A stretch of 64,000 bases of DNA from assembly GCA_016748015.1 (NCBI GenBank), contig JAAOMT010000515.1, forward strand, positions 293,249 to 357,248, written 5' to 3'. The position numbers and the translations under genes are program-made. The notes beneath the pieces were generated by a model. That model made no database searches, was not told the origin of the DNA, and saw only the letters and a program-made list of their open reading frames with translations. Shown piece after piece: positions 1 through 14,542 of the stretch (position 1 is the stretch's first letter; each line of letters begins with the position of its first letter). This DNA is from Geosiphon pyriformis uo1. Its lineage: Eukaryota > Fungi > Glomeromycota.

Positions 1-160
<160 letters not shown>

Positions 161-229
161 ATTCTTTTAATATTGGGTCTATATATCTGTTCTTTCAATT
201 TTAATAATAATAATGTAATTTGTCAGCAA

Positions 230-277
230 TTTAAAGATAACCGTTTAAAGATAACCATTTAAAGATAACCATTTAAA
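230..277. repeat. 14-bp tandem repeat TTTAAAGATAACC(A/G), about 3.4 copies
   Basis: tttaaagataaccg tttaaagataacca tttaaagataacca tttaaa read directly. Confidence 0.9.
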
Positions 278-1601
278 TTGATTCGGTAAATGTATATGAT
301 CAGTTGATCATGGATAAGAATTTGAGATCGCTTATTTGCCGAGAATTCCCATCAGGTATACATATTATAATTATTTACGAGAAATAATCAAAATAAGAAA
401 TTTTTTTTTCATCATTTTAATCAAAAAAGGGAACCCAATAATAAAGGATCATTTTTTAATCAAAATTGTATCTAAAGAGTTTTGATGATAATAATAATTT
501 GATTTCTCAATGAACGATTGATTGAGTGATATTTTTTAAAACCAGTTGAAAAAATTTTCAAGAATTAAAATCAAAATTTTTTTCAAGAAATCTTGAAAAC
601 ATAAAAAAAATTATACTTTATCTAATATTCTATTGAATAAAAGTAGACCAGCTAGAAAAAATATTTTATTATTTTTAAAAATTTTAATTGAAAGAAAATA
701 TATCATAAATAATGTTTCTTATATTGTTCATAAATTATTTTATACAATTTATAAGTTTATTGGTATATCAAATTTTTATTTCTTTTTAGTTTAATTTAAA
801 TTTCCGAAAAAATTGTAATTACACTATTTTAAATTTAAAAAAAAAGCTCTATAAAAAGAAGATCTTCTAAATTACAGATTAATCTTCTTTATACATGTAA
901 AAAAAAAAAAAAAAAAAACTGGAAAAGCGGAACTTTTAATAATAAAAAGTTTTTTGAAAGAGATTTGTCATGAATGTATTATTGAATTCATATTGTTAAA
1001 GCACGTTATCTTGGGATTTTTTTTCCTTCAATTGTACTTCCTGACACTACATCAATTTTTGTTCTTTTGAGTCTGGACCAAACAATCATTTGCAGATGAG
1101 TTTTTAGAAAAAAAAAACCCGAGTATATTGTTTCTAGTGAGGATTTTTACAGAACTTGCATTTCTTTCATCCATATTAAGATTAAAAGAAAATTTGATTC
1201 TATAATTTTTTTTTATTGATGAGTGGTGCATTAAATGCACTGTAGCTGTATTGACCTATATCACTGCACGTATTTTCTATCATTTGAATATAGTGGTACT
1301 AATTTGTATTTTTATTGTACATCCTAACATAAAGAAAGAAATTTGTTCAACTTATGGAGGAATTAGACGAAAGAAATTTTCTAAATCTAATGTTGCTTTT
1401 CAACTTTCATTGATGCACAGTTATAGGTATATAAATATTAAAAGTTCACAATCCGATAGAATACCAAATAAAACTTTAATTACGAGCAAAACTTATTTTG
1501 TATGTATGCTTTTTGAGAAAGGAATTTCAATGAAATTTTTATCATTGAAATTCCTAATCCACTATTTTGACTCGTGATAGAATATGAAGTTTGCATTGTA
1601 C

Positions 1602-1651
<50 letters not shown>

Positions 1652-1672
1652 CATCATCATCATCATCATCAT
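1602..1672. repeat. Compound (AAT)n(CAT)n microsatellite
   Basis: Directly visible. Confidence 0.9.
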
Positions 1673-1781
1673 AGATTGAAACCTGTTTCTGATTAAAATT
1701 TTTCTTCCGAATTTTTAGCCCCAACCTTCATGAGTTGGATTTCTTAACTATCTTTCTTGTGGTATAAAAAAAATACCGTTC

Positions 1782-1875
1782 AGTAGTAGTAGTAGTAGTA
1801 GTTAGTAGTAGTAGTTAGTAGTAGTAGTTATTAGTAGTAGTTAGTAGTAGTTAATAGTATTATAGTAGTAGTAGT
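1782..1875. repeat. Imperfect (TAG)n microsatellite
   Basis: Directly visible, with TTAG interruptions. Confidence 0.85.
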
Positions 1876-3630
1876 TTAAAAATGGCTAGTCGAAAGAATC
1901 AATAAATTCCCTTGTCAAACACAAATATCTTTGTGCCAAGGCTTTTCAAAAGCAAAAACAATTATCCTTTTTCTAACAAGAGAGATAATGTCATCATAAA
2001 TATAGATATCAAAATAATAGAAATTTTTGATTCGGGTTAATATGAAACCGGCTTATGGACATGGGTTTAACCCTTTTTTTGAAAGTATGTTTATTCCCAT
2101 GTGTAAAGCTGTCGCCCTTAAAATGTGTAAAGCACTTTTATGGCCTAAAACAAAAGACAGAGCATCTGATTTCAATGTTAAAATTGTTAAGGTGAAAACA
2201 AATTCCATATTCATGTTATCTATTTCTACGAAAGTCTTCTTTGAGATTTCGAAAAGAATATCTAGCAAACTAACCAGCCATTAAAGTGTTAAAAAAATTC
2301 CAATAGCATAGGAACGTTTCTAAATGGATATCAATCACATTTGATGAAGGTAATGATACGTTACAAGATTCTATCACATACTTGGTAATAAATAAAGGGC
2401 TAAAAAAATTTAGCCTTCATTAAAAATACTTTTAAAAATTATGTAGTTTTTTCTGCTTCAAACTTTATTTTTAACATAACTTAAAATATATTCAAGTTTT
2501 ATAAATTACCAACTCCATAATTCTTAAAGTGAGTAATTCTTCTCGAATCAATATATATATATACATATATGAATTGTTCATTAAAAAAAAAACTTTTAAG
2601 AACGCTTCAATTTTTATGTAGCAAATTCGATATTTTTCAACAAATACTTCTCCTTTACTGAATTATGTAGTCAAAAAATATAAGTTTTTACATTGGTGAA
2701 ATGGTTGGAATGTGAATGTGAATATAAGTGTTCCCCCCTATTAAGAATCACAACAATTACGCGGTATTGGGATACGAATTTATAAGATAGGTAGGTTGGT
2801 TGATTTTTAATTTTTACACGAAAGAATAAATTCATTCTGATTTGAGTAAATTTTGAATGAAAAACGCCAGTAATATCGAACAATATATAAAGTTTAATTC
2901 AAATAACGAGTTTTAAATAATGACTATAAGAAAATCAGATCTATAAAAAAGTTTAAATTGTTGAATGGGGTATATATAAATATTTGATCAATATTATAAA
3001 ATTTCATTATTCAAAAATTTGATTACTTAATTTAAATTATTACATAGGATTTCAAATATATATATATATATATATAATTAATTTTAAATTTATGATACTT
3101 TGATAAAAAAATTTTGCTTTTTAATTTAAAAAAAAAATTAATTAATTTCTTGAAAAAAAATGTTTATTAAACAAATATAATTAAAAATTAATATATATCA
3201 TTATTCATTTATAAAAAATATAAAACAATTATATTTTTTTTGAAAATTTAACAAATTTATTGATAAAATGTTTAGAATACATTCACATAAACATAATATA
3301 GATATATATTTATATTAACAAAATAAATACATTAATATTTATTCAAAAATTGAAAACCTTTTTTTTAAATTACTAATAACAAAACCCATTAAAAAACAAT
3401 TTTCTCATGATGAATGTGTATTTCAAATGTGATATTACCTGTTTCTCAATTTCAATGAAAAATGCATAAATAAAGAATCCACCACCATGAAATCAAAGTT
3501 TCATCAGTAACACCAAAAATAGCGGCTCTTTTTTTTTGACACACAACATTTTTTGAAAGAAAAATCAACCTGTCACAAATGTAAGGGGCTTTTCACAACA
3601 TCTACAGAAAGTATTTTAATTTTGAATAAA

Positions 3631-3631
<1 letters not shown>

Positions 3632-3666
<35 letters not shown>

Positions 3667-3679
3667 TATTATTATTATT
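3632..3679. repeat. (TTA)n microsatellite
   Basis: Directly visible. Confidence 0.85.
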
Positions 3680-5592
3680 GGTAAAAACTAAATATCTTAA
3701 CGTTATTTTGAGACACAACTAACCGCATTTTTTTCCTTTTTACAAACATAAGGCTACCTCTTAATTGGAAAGTTACCCGCAAATAAATAATTTGTAAAGA
3801 TTGCTTTTATGCAATAAGAATCGGCAATTTATTTCAAAGATGTACCATTTTCTCATTGTATAACCTTGAAATACAGTTTATTTATTCCACACAATCAAAA
3901 ATAAAAATGAAATCATAATTTGTGGGTTGCCCAATAAAAATGATATATCTTACAACAAATTATTATTATTATTATTATTATTTTTATTTTTATTTAAAAT
4001 AAATTAAAATGTGAGAATTTATCAAATTGGTATTCATACATTAAATGTATTTTTAGAACAAAGTAAATGCAATGCACTTTGTCCATGAAAATTTTTATCT
4101 TTTACAAAAGATTTTTTTCAGCAAAGTCATAAGCTTCATTCAATTGGTTACCTAATACTTGAAATTTCTTTACTTAATCATACATACATGTACATGTATG
4201 ATTAAAATTTTAATCTAACCTATTTTCTACATAAAATAAGTTTATAGTTATTTTCAAGTTTTTCTCAAAAATTAAAATTCATTTTAATTCTCTTCTTAAA
4301 AAACTTTAATATTCATTGAAACTGTTTCATTAATTGGAATAACACTTCTTTATTCTCATTTGGAATTTGTTAAAAAATTACCCATCATAAATTAATAGTT
4401 CAGATCAAACGAAACCCTAATTAAAACTAATTAGATTTTTAGATAATGAGAGAATCTGGCAACAGTTAAGAAAATTTTTCTACCTCAAAACTCATTTTGC
4501 TTCTTAAGATATTTCAATAATTATATTGCTACTTGTATAAAAGAAAAATTTAAAATTAGTCCAGATTATACAACTTAGCCTTATAAAATTCTTCATGAAA
4601 AAATATATAACTGAGTCAAAAGGTTTTTTTAAAAAAAAATTTCAAAAATAACTTTCCTGAATCTCGACTCAAAATTTATATCAAGCAAACACTTCAAACA
4701 TTTGTATGGACTTGGTATTTGAGAATATTTTTTTTCTAAGATTAAGTATAAAAATGAGATTTCAAAAATTACTGCAGACTTTCTCGGCAAAAATCATAAA
4801 ATTTTATATCTCTATAAATAATTAGATATTTTGAATTGTATCATTCCGCAAATTTGGAATTCTCTGAAAGTGCAGATTGTAGGTTGTTTGAGCTTTAACA
4901 GAAAAAATCGGTGAATTCTTTTAAAAAAAATAATTTGATCAAGTTTTATCTTTAAACCTAATTTAGCAAATCCAGCTTACAATTAGCTTCAAAACTATAC
5001 TATGAAGAGCTTGTTTTAATTTCACCTGTCTGTTTCCCAAAGCAATACCAAGTCAAATTTACGAAGCCTCCACGTGAGTTTTGCAAAAATATTGTTAGAC
5101 ATTGATAAACAGCCCCAAAAATATAAAACATAATTTGCAACCCGGGTAAATTACAAATAAGCAATCATTTACCAAATTTTCGATAAACAAATGTTGTCAA
5201 CATGCTCAAAAAATGAAATTATCAAGGGATTCTTGATCATTCACACGGTTTTCTATTAATTCCATAACATGTTGTGGTTTACTAAGTGAATGACTGGATT
5301 TATTACTTCCTAAAACGAAAAATCTTGACAAAAATTCGAATCCATTAGCTTATAGAAAAATATAGCACCAACCAACTAAAAAAATTACTGAAATCAAAAG
5401 CTTTTTTAACAGCCAACTTCCAATATACCAAATTAAAGGCTTCACTGGAAATCTACCCCCTTCTGATGAAAGTAACGATTAATTATAATTCTAGCTAACT
5501 AAAGTTTCTTTTTTGTCGAACATTATTGGTAAAATTCGGTCATTTGGTTTTTTTAATCAAAAAGCTTTGTTCGAAAACATAGACGAAAAGAT

Positions 5593-7452
5593 TTAAATGC
5601 ATTTGCGTCGAACGAGCGATGCGCCAAACTCTTGATATTCTTGTTTAGTGATGCACATATTTTTGAATGTTGTGAGCTGGAAATTTTAAAGGTTATTTGA
5701 AATGAATGAATTTGTTTTAGTCAACAGCCATTGTGTATAATTATTGCTGTTATCAGTTAAAAATTCATACCGAGGCCAATATTGAGCCACCCATCCAAAC
5801 TGAATACTCTCTTTCTGATGGTGCCAAGATCTAGAAACGGCGATTAAAAATTGTATAGTAATTGAATTCAAAGTGAAATTCTTTTCAGGCTAAAGAATTG
5901 AAATACCTTTGCTTTGAAATTCAAGGCTTTTAAAGCAAATCAGTAATAAAAGAAAGATTATTTTTTTATTCTAAATGGATAAAAATCCTAAATAAACTTT
6001 AGCCCGAGGCAAATTATACTTACATGCAGGGATTAACTTTTTAATTTCTTTCAAAAGCCTATCAGCCATACCTTCAAATAAGGTGTTTCCTCTTTTGAAA
6101 AGTTGTCGAAAAAAGCAAAATGTGATTTCAATAAAAACTGCATAGGAACCAACAATGAATACAACATACCCAGAAAGGACGATATTATTCAAAAGAATCT
6201 TTTGAAGTTCATTATCACAACTCATAATAGAGCTATAAAGTGCATCATGTAAAGATGGATCTTCTAAGCCGAGGAATGAGGGCTGGAAAAGTACCTCAGG
6301 CACTCGAGACCTTGGGAACATAATATCATTTTGAGATTATTATTTTCAGCCTAAAAACGCTTCTCCTTACCATTCATTTGTCATGGGGATAGTCCTTCCG
6401 TCGGGCAACTCATAAGTCACACCTAAATCTGATTCAGGTTGCGAATTGATCGTTTTCTCATAATCTTGAGCAATAAAACAGACCTTTTCTTTGATCCCTT
6501 GAACGATATCATGATCAGCATTGGGAACAAACGTGTATCCACGTTCTAGTAAGAGATTTAGAAGGTAATCGGTCAGATCACGGCCACATACATTCAGGCG
6601 ACGGATTCCATGAGAAATAGGGCTGCCCTCATAAACCGGTACAATATTTGTGATGCCGTCACCCGAGTCTAGGACAGTTCCTGTTTGTAATCCTGATGCA
6701 TATAACGCAAGGACAGGCTAAAAAATCGAACCCTTTCAATATAAGCTACGCCCAATGTTTTCTTGGGATATAAGCGATACTTTGTATAAATTTACCTGAA
6801 CAGCGAAAGAAAATGAGGGGACGTCAAATGACTCAAAGACAATTAGAGTGGTTTTTTCTCGATTTTGACTGGGATTATTAGGAACCTCGGTCAGGAGTAA
6901 GGAGTAATCTTCGGACATAACTTCAAGCTGTTCAGTGAAAACATGCTCCCAGATCCTTTCAATATCCTCCCAATCTTTAATTATTCCCTTCTGAACAGGA
7001 TAATTTATGTTCAATATACCACGCTTACGATGTGCTGCTTCACCCATAAAGATTGTTTGTTCTGCTCCTGTGACACTGTGAAATTTTTCTCGGCCTACGA
7101 TTGAACGGAATGCCTGTTTATTTGCAGGTAACGTATTAATGTGAAGACAACATTTGAACATCATTGGAATTTTTCAGTTCGGTTCCTTAGATTCATATTC
7201 TTAACAATGGCTATCCAAAATTCCTTTTTTGAATAATTCCTTTTGACTATTAAGAAGCAAAATTCATGAGAGATACACCTTTTTTGGTCTTTCATCTCCA
7301 GCAAACCCGGCTTTGCAGGTTTGTGAACCAGTATCAATTACAATCTACCAAGTGAAAGAAAAATAATAAGATCCCTGATACTATCAAGCTTCGTTTTTAT
7401 CCTGTTAAAAATGAGATTCAACAATCCTTACGGTCGCAACTTCCTGGGCCAT
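5593..7452 (-). CDS. Divergent actin-family protein, about 9 exons
   Basis: Spliced by hand: MAQEVAT|IVIDTGSQTCKAGFAGDERPKK|AFRSIVGR..YPVQKGII..LLTEVPNNP..NREK..FESFDVP..AVQ|PVLALYASGLQTGTVLDSGDG..GRDLTDYL..IKEKVCF..YELPDG..|..PEVLFQPS..NIVLSG|GNTLFEGMADRL..|..|ILAPSEREYSVWMGGSILAS|LTTFKNMCITKQEYQEFGASLVRRKCI*. All actin motifs are present in order with GT-AG introns. Confidence 0.93.
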
Positions 7453-8449
7453 TTTTTAATTTCGAGGATGTTTCAATATTAATCGATTCGGGGATATCTT
7501 TAGTGAAGTGATAATTTGGTTTTGACAATCTTTTGAGGCACGAAATGTTCAATGTCTATTTGTGTGGCTCATAATCCCTACCAACCCCAATTTTGATAAG
7601 CTAACTTTGAGCAGTTACATTGATAACTCGTGACACGTCTAACCACTGTCCCTGGTATCAAAGTTATCTCGGTATCACAGGATTTCCTTGCCGGATACAT
7701 CTACTTTCAATGAATTTCCATAGAATTCTTCGGGTCCGAAAATATAGCTGACAATAAAATACATGTATATGTGTAGATTCGGGCTACTGAAATAGTCGAA
7801 AATCAAAACCAAAGCCTCATATTTCTTTATTCTATTGATACAACTTGATATAACCTCCTCACTAAATTTTTGTCAACCCACAATGAAAGAGTTTTCCTGT
7901 AAGCCATACAGAAATCAAATTAAAGGACTGGTAGATAGAAACCAATCCCTTTACAACCTTTGAAAAGCGTGTGACGAAACCTATAAAAGATGTTCTTTTT
8001 ATCGAGGTTTCTTGTATAGAAGAGTTTCAATTTTTGGATTATATTTGTCATAAGATATGGGCAAGATTAAAAATATTTGATCATTTTTAAAGTCAAAGAC
8101 ATGATTGATTCAAGTTAAAATTACAGGGAGAAATCTTTACTATTCGGATGTGACGCACGCAATCTAAATGCTGATATGCTGGATTTTCAACTCATATGAC
8201 TTAAAAAACACAATCGATATCACCCGAAAACCCCGAGTGAAGATTTTTAAGAAATATATTGATTCAAAGAAATTTGGAATCAGGACAAAGAGTGATTGTG
8301 TAATATAGGCCTAGGTGTGAGTATGCATTAGTTTTACAATCTTCCTCGTCAATTTATTAATATCCTAACATACATGTGGGATACCAAGAGTATGAAAAAT
8401 TGGATTTATACATTACATTAATCAAGTCTTGTTGAATAATGTATTTGCG

Positions 8450-10700
8450 TATTATCACCACTATGATGTTAATTCTACACTTCCAAGTCGAAAAGGAAGA
8501 GAGCCGAAGATTCTTTACATCTTGACCGCGAAATCTAATTAGCTTTACTGGAATTGCAATGGTCGGTCGGTAAAATTTGGAGCTACAATGTGTAAAAATT
8601 TTCCTCCTGTTTTGAAATTCAGAATTTATGTAGTAGAATTCCTAGAGCTAAAGGTAAGTTGAAAGTTTCATAAAGCCTTCTTTGAAAATTAATCCTAGTC
8701 ATCAAATTAATAGCCTCTTTAATTTGAATATATTTATCAACATGATCGATATAACTGGGAGGCTTATAGAAAGATGATAAGAATCCAATAACTTCGCTTT
8801 TCTCCAATTCCCTGGTCTTGATCTATTTCTATTGCATTGAGCTTTTTGATGATAAGAATTTTCTTGTATATGAAGGAATGTAGGCCAAAATTATATTTTG
8901 CTTGAGCTTTTTTAAATAATGTTTTGTTTTAGAAACATATCAAAGAAAAACTATGAGTTTTAATGTAATCCAAAAATAGGATCCAATCATTACTTTGTTA
9001 AATTTATTTATACATTTGACATTATTTTTAAAAAATTTTGTAATATTTTATTATTTAGATTGTAAAAAAAAAATTTCAAGAGAAATTATTTTTGGAAATT
9101 CATTTTTGAATCATTAAAAAATTAGGAAGAAAGTAAAAATATATTAAGGTTTGAGAGTTAAAGGAAAATTTGAGGCTGTGGATATCAAAAGCTTTCATGG
9201 CTTTTGCCTTTACTCAATTTATATTTCCTCATGATGGTGTAAATTTCTGGTAACGACAATTATTTGTCGCATATACAACGCTAGTATTAAAGGAACACAA
9301 GTATATGAAATTATTTTTAAATATCAAAAATATTTTTATGAATAAGCCTTGATGTTGACTTACCAATCTTATTTATATACAATTTCTCTCAAACTCAAAG
9401 AGGCTATTATAACACTCGATAAATCTGAGGGAGTATGCAAAGCTAAAATTTAGTTATGATTCTGAAAAAACTTCCAGTTTTAAAAAATTTTAATTACATG
9501 AAAGGCCGGAGGTGAGGTGTGCTCTGGTGACATGCATTTCAATTCTCGCTAAAATGACAGTTTATTTAGTTGAGCATTTGAAATTCTTATCATAACATAG
9601 AACACCTTGACTATACCTCTCTTTCTGGTTTACCCGTCAATGAAAGGTTTTCTACTGTCGTTTAGTGAACGTAAAATACGTATACCACGGTTACGTATTG
9701 GTGAGATAAAAGACTTTTTATTAACAATAAATGCATTAAGTTAAAAAGAATTTTGCAGGCAAAAGGATTAATTTGAGTTTGAAATCTACATTACGAATTA
9801 TTGGTGTTGAAATCTATTGGTGAATGATAAACAAAAATAATCTCAGCAGTGTTCAAGGAAAGCTTAGAGCGTATTTAGAATATAAGGCAAGTATCTACAA
9901 AATTTCATACCCTATCGCTCTGTGGCTTTTCAAATGTTTCTATCTTGAACATTCAAATGAAAAATTGTTAATAAATGAATAATTTTATATTAGCAGTTAT
10001 GAATGCAATTTGCCAACTTACATGTTGTTTACTAATGTTCAATTAGATAGAGTATTTTTGTTTTCAGAACTCGCTCTGAACAGTAACTATAAGTCAGCAA
10101 GAAGAAAGAAAACAATTCAAAGAAGTTTGGAAATATATGATTTAATTCTTCACGAAGTTTCGCGTTTCCCTTTTTCATAGCTTCGAGTTGGTCATAAGTA
10201 CGCTCGTAGAGCCATTTCATACGTTAAATTTCTCCAAATAATGCACCAGCTTCTGAGCACTTTTGACTATAAGCTTTACGTAACCAACCTATCTCTTCCA
10301 ATAACTTCTAAAGCCACAAAGATTTCGAAATTTTATCATCCATTCAATGCAGCAATTTCCAGAGCACAAAAACTGTAAACACTTATGGATGTCGTATTTT
10401 TACTTTGTCAAAGATTGCATCACTTTCAGGGCTGCTCTCGTGATACATATCCATTTAGTTAAAGGGTAGTTCTGATTTTGTGAATTGGTCGCTTAAAATT
10501 AAATTAACAAATTACTTTACCAGTCTTTATAATCGATTCTGTATAAAAATTCGTCATTTATCACATCGAGCGATCAACTGATTATAGATCTCCAAATGGC
10601 TGATAAAAGCTTCGTTCAATACACAAAATTACCTATTATATCTTGTAAATTTTATCGTTCGTCTCTGCATTTGAATAATATCTACATCTTATAAATATTT
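8450..10700 (-). pseudogene. Possible decayed gene relic of unknown family
   Basis: Higher-complexity patches with protein-like short minus-strand ORFs (8619-8807, 10032-10220) whose frames continue through stops. No family recognised. Confidence 0.25.
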
Positions 10701-11342
10701 TTTATTCGAATTTATATTATCAACGACTTTTCTTTGTAGATATTAGCTCGTTTTTAATCTCAAAATGGGGTGGAAATTGCATTTAACCTATATTAGTCTA
10801 AAGAAAATTTATCCAAAACGAGTTAGCTGATAGTTTTGACTTAAACGACAAGGTACATGTATATTTATTCAAAACTCCCAAACAAATTAATTGAAATTAA
10901 GCATTGCTGAAATTTTAAATATAATTAAAACTTTATTTTCTTTATTTTCAATTTTCAAGTTAGTTTAATTTCTATTGAATTTATTATATTATTTGAATGT
11001 CAAAAAATAAATCCCAAAATTTAAGAACATTTAGTATAAAATATATTGTAAGTTAAGAAGATTAAAAATAGTTTGCATTCCAAAGCAATAAATATATTTT
11101 TGTGTAAGACATCCATGCTTTACAAAATTAAATCCACATCAATGCTAATCTTTGGAGCAACGTTCAAGATAAATATGTAAACAGTTTCTTGTCGAATTTT
11201 AAGATATTATTTCAAAATTATGATTCATTGATTGAATTATTGTTTCGGTGATACGGTTTTCATGACCGAGATCATCAGCTTCCGTAATACAATACAAAAT
11301 AAACTTGTACAACTAATTTCACTGTATTACCAAAAAAGTTTC

Positions 11343-12180
11343 ATGAATTCAAAGACTCGCACACATTCTTTCAACTCCCTCAAAAACTTAGAAAGATTAC
11401 CGATTAAAATATTAGCAAGAATTTTGAAAACGAAATATGAACATTTTACTCTTGTATTCTTGTGAGTCACGATTGGTCATGAACGACGGTATCAATTTTA
11501 TGGCGAAATCTTTTTGATTCATCGTGGTGAAATCAAGAAGCCCAAAAGCTACTAAAAAGTTACATTTTCTTCTTTAGAAAATACGAAAAAGCCGGTCTTT
11601 AAAATAGGGATATTCACTTCTCATGATAATTATTTATCAGTCTTATCTCGAATACTTGGATGACAGCTTAGATTTCGATTCATTACGTTCATGCATAATT
11701 CGCAGTTTTGAGCCTCGATACAATAAACACTCGCTCTTTTTTCGACTTGTCTGCAAAATCAAAAGCATCATTGAGCTTACGATCTATTCCTACTATTGCT
11801 TCCGCTCTCTCAAAACAAAATACTGGATGGAAGAAACCAGAATATTAGTCAAATGATCATAAATCGATGATGTTTGCTGAAGGTGCCCTAGAATTAAATA
11901 GAGGCAGGAAGCTTTGGAAAATTTCGAACTTGCTCATTACTAACTTGGGGGTAATACAATCATCCGAGTCTTGGAAACCATCACAAGCTAAGAAAGTTTT
12001 GATTCAAGTGGGTGTAATTTCGATGAGCAGAGGGAAGTTTTTAAAGTGGTGGGCATATTTGAAAGAGTTGACGTTACAGATTAATACTAAAAGATTTTAG
12101 TTTCTGGAAGAATGGATCATGAAAGATGCAGAAGTTTCTTATATAAGTACTTTCATTGGCAAGAATTTGTTTGAAACCTG
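11343..12180 (+). pseudogene. F-box/LRR pseudogene related to the 14543-15541 gene
   Basis: Frameshifted pieces: LERLPIKILARIL (F-box); TFYSCILVSHDWS*TTVSILWRNLFD (compare SLYSTLFVSRDWCRTTVPILWRNPFE in the neighbour); YQSYLEYLD; KSIIELTI; QEALENFELAHY*LGGNTIIRVLET; GCNFDEQ..LKWWAYLKEL (compare YCCFYDG..LKDWHHLEDL). Contains stops and frameshifts. Confidence 0.82.
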
Positions 12181-14542
12181 CAAGATCATAAATGAATGGA
12201 ATTTCCGGAGGTTTATCTAAAATTTTGAACTTATTTTATTCAATACATTTTTTTAATATAATTGAAGCCACAAGTAACAAGATATTTTTTTCTAGGCTTG
12301 AGTCTATAAAACATCTCGCATCAATTTGAATAAAGACATTTCAATATTTCTTTAATTTTGCTTCCAATGAGTATTATAGAAATACTTAAAAACTTTTATA
12401 AATTAAGAAACTTTGAGATTTTCGAATTCTAAATTAAATTGGTTTTTTGAAGTTCAATTTTCAAAATGAATTCAAACAAGTTATTCTGACTTTTTAAGCA
12501 ACTAGTTTTTCTCGTGAATTCAGTCAAACAGTTTAAGGAAACATAAGCGATAAAATAAATTAGAACTTTATTATTTTTTATTTATTTAATAAATAAAAAT
12601 TTACCAATTGTTGTGGAAAGTCAATTTTGATTGTAAAGAAAGGCTATGGTATGCCTTTTAACATCACCGTTTCATTCTCAATTATTCTAAATAATATGAT
12701 TCTTGCGATATTGAATGTAATAGGCAGATCCTAATTTTGAAAGCTGTTAAGATATTCCAAAATAGCGCTAATTATAAATCTGCAATTCTTGTTTTAGAAA
12801 TTATAAATTATTCAAAGATGTTGAATATACCCAAATATTATGGTTTCATTTTAATACAATCAATACTCAAAGCATCATTCAGAATAGATTTGCTTTAAAA
12901 CACATGCTAAAATCAGTTAAATATTATTTTGCAGTAAAAATATTTTATTTAGGCTAAAATTTGTTTGAAGAATCATTGCTTTACATAGATTAAAATTTTT
13001 TGAGCTTTGATTTAAATTAATTTTAATCAAATAAAAAAAAATTAATTTTTAATTTAAATAGATTAACTGATTTAAAGAATTTATTAATTAATATTAAAAG
13101 CAAATAACTTACTTGACATAAATGTATTTTAGTTGTGTGTCAGTTATCTTCTTTTTATTATTACTCGTTTGAGTTTAAGTTTGCTTAAATTTAAATAAGA
13201 AAAAACAACACACAAAAATATCTCCTTTAATTTAATTTGAAAAGCCAAAACTTTGAAGCCTGGCTAATTTTATAATAATAGGATTGACTTTTTTTATATC
13301 TAATTTTCCCACATTGATCGGCACAGCTTTTGATAAAATGAGTTTATTTTGCTTTTCTCACGATGATTGACATATGCATAAAATTGTCAAAAATTTTGGA
13401 AGTTTAAATACAACATTAAAAGAAAACCTGATCCTTGGAGGCTCCAGAATGAAAATTCAATAGAAAAACTGAATTCAAATTAGTATATATATATATAATT
13501 TTTTGAATCGAATAAGTTAGAGAAAATGTTGAAAATCGTTCAGATAAGTCAAATATTACATCAGTTTTCTTTAAAAAATTACGTTTTATCTTAATAATTC
13601 TTATATTTGAAATAAAATTTTTCTTCTTGATATATTCTCAACCTTATTTGTATATTAAAAAAACTTTTTCAAAGCAAATCTCAGATAAGCTATTGTGATT
13701 GGTTTGAATATAAAATCAAGTATAGGTTTTAAATCCCTTTGAAAATAAAAGTTTTTAAAAAGCTTGACATAAAAGATTTTGAATCCTGTTTAGGATGAAA
13801 AGAATTGAAAAAAAGAACGTCTTTATTCAATATAAGAGAAACCAAATTTTAAAAATTGAAAGAAATACATGATGATAAATATATATCTATATCTAATATT
13901 TTTTGTTGCTTAATTGTTTGACCTTATTTGTCTCTATTTTTAAATTTAAATCGAATTTTGAACCAATATTGTTAGAGAAACAATTCTGTTTAAATTATCA
14001 GACGAGACACCCAACCTAATATATTTCAAATGTTTAACGAATACAAATTTTTTTTCATCATTTTAATAATCAAATTGATATTTCAGTGCTGTCGTAATTC
14101 ATTAATAAAGTCTTTAATGAAAAGTTTTATTGGAAATTCTACAGTTAATAAATCAACCCCTAATTGGCGTTCATTCAATCCTAATGAGATTAAATTTTGG
14201 ATCCGATTTCAAGATTCATTACTCATCCTATAATCTGAGTCACCAAAAGAATTTTCCCGATTGAAATTTCTTATTGGAGATTTTTGCTTTCTTTGAAAGA
14301 GATTATTATAATTATTATTTGAGTTAAATATATAAGCTGGTGAAAAAAAATCATCATCTTACAAAGTTAATTATGTTAAAATTAATGAAAAGTTTAAATT
14401 TTATGTTGGTGAACCTTTGTCACCAAGCTTGAATCAGATCTTATTTCATACAAATAGTTATATAGTACCTTGCAATTGACAGTGCTTTCTAAATTAAACA
14501 AAATCTAATGTTGAAAAAGATATCAGGAATCAGATCAAGGGT

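Noticed and set aside
230-277. CRISPR-like or iteron array
   Set aside because: Head-to-tail repeats with no spacers, in a eukaryotic context with no cas genes.
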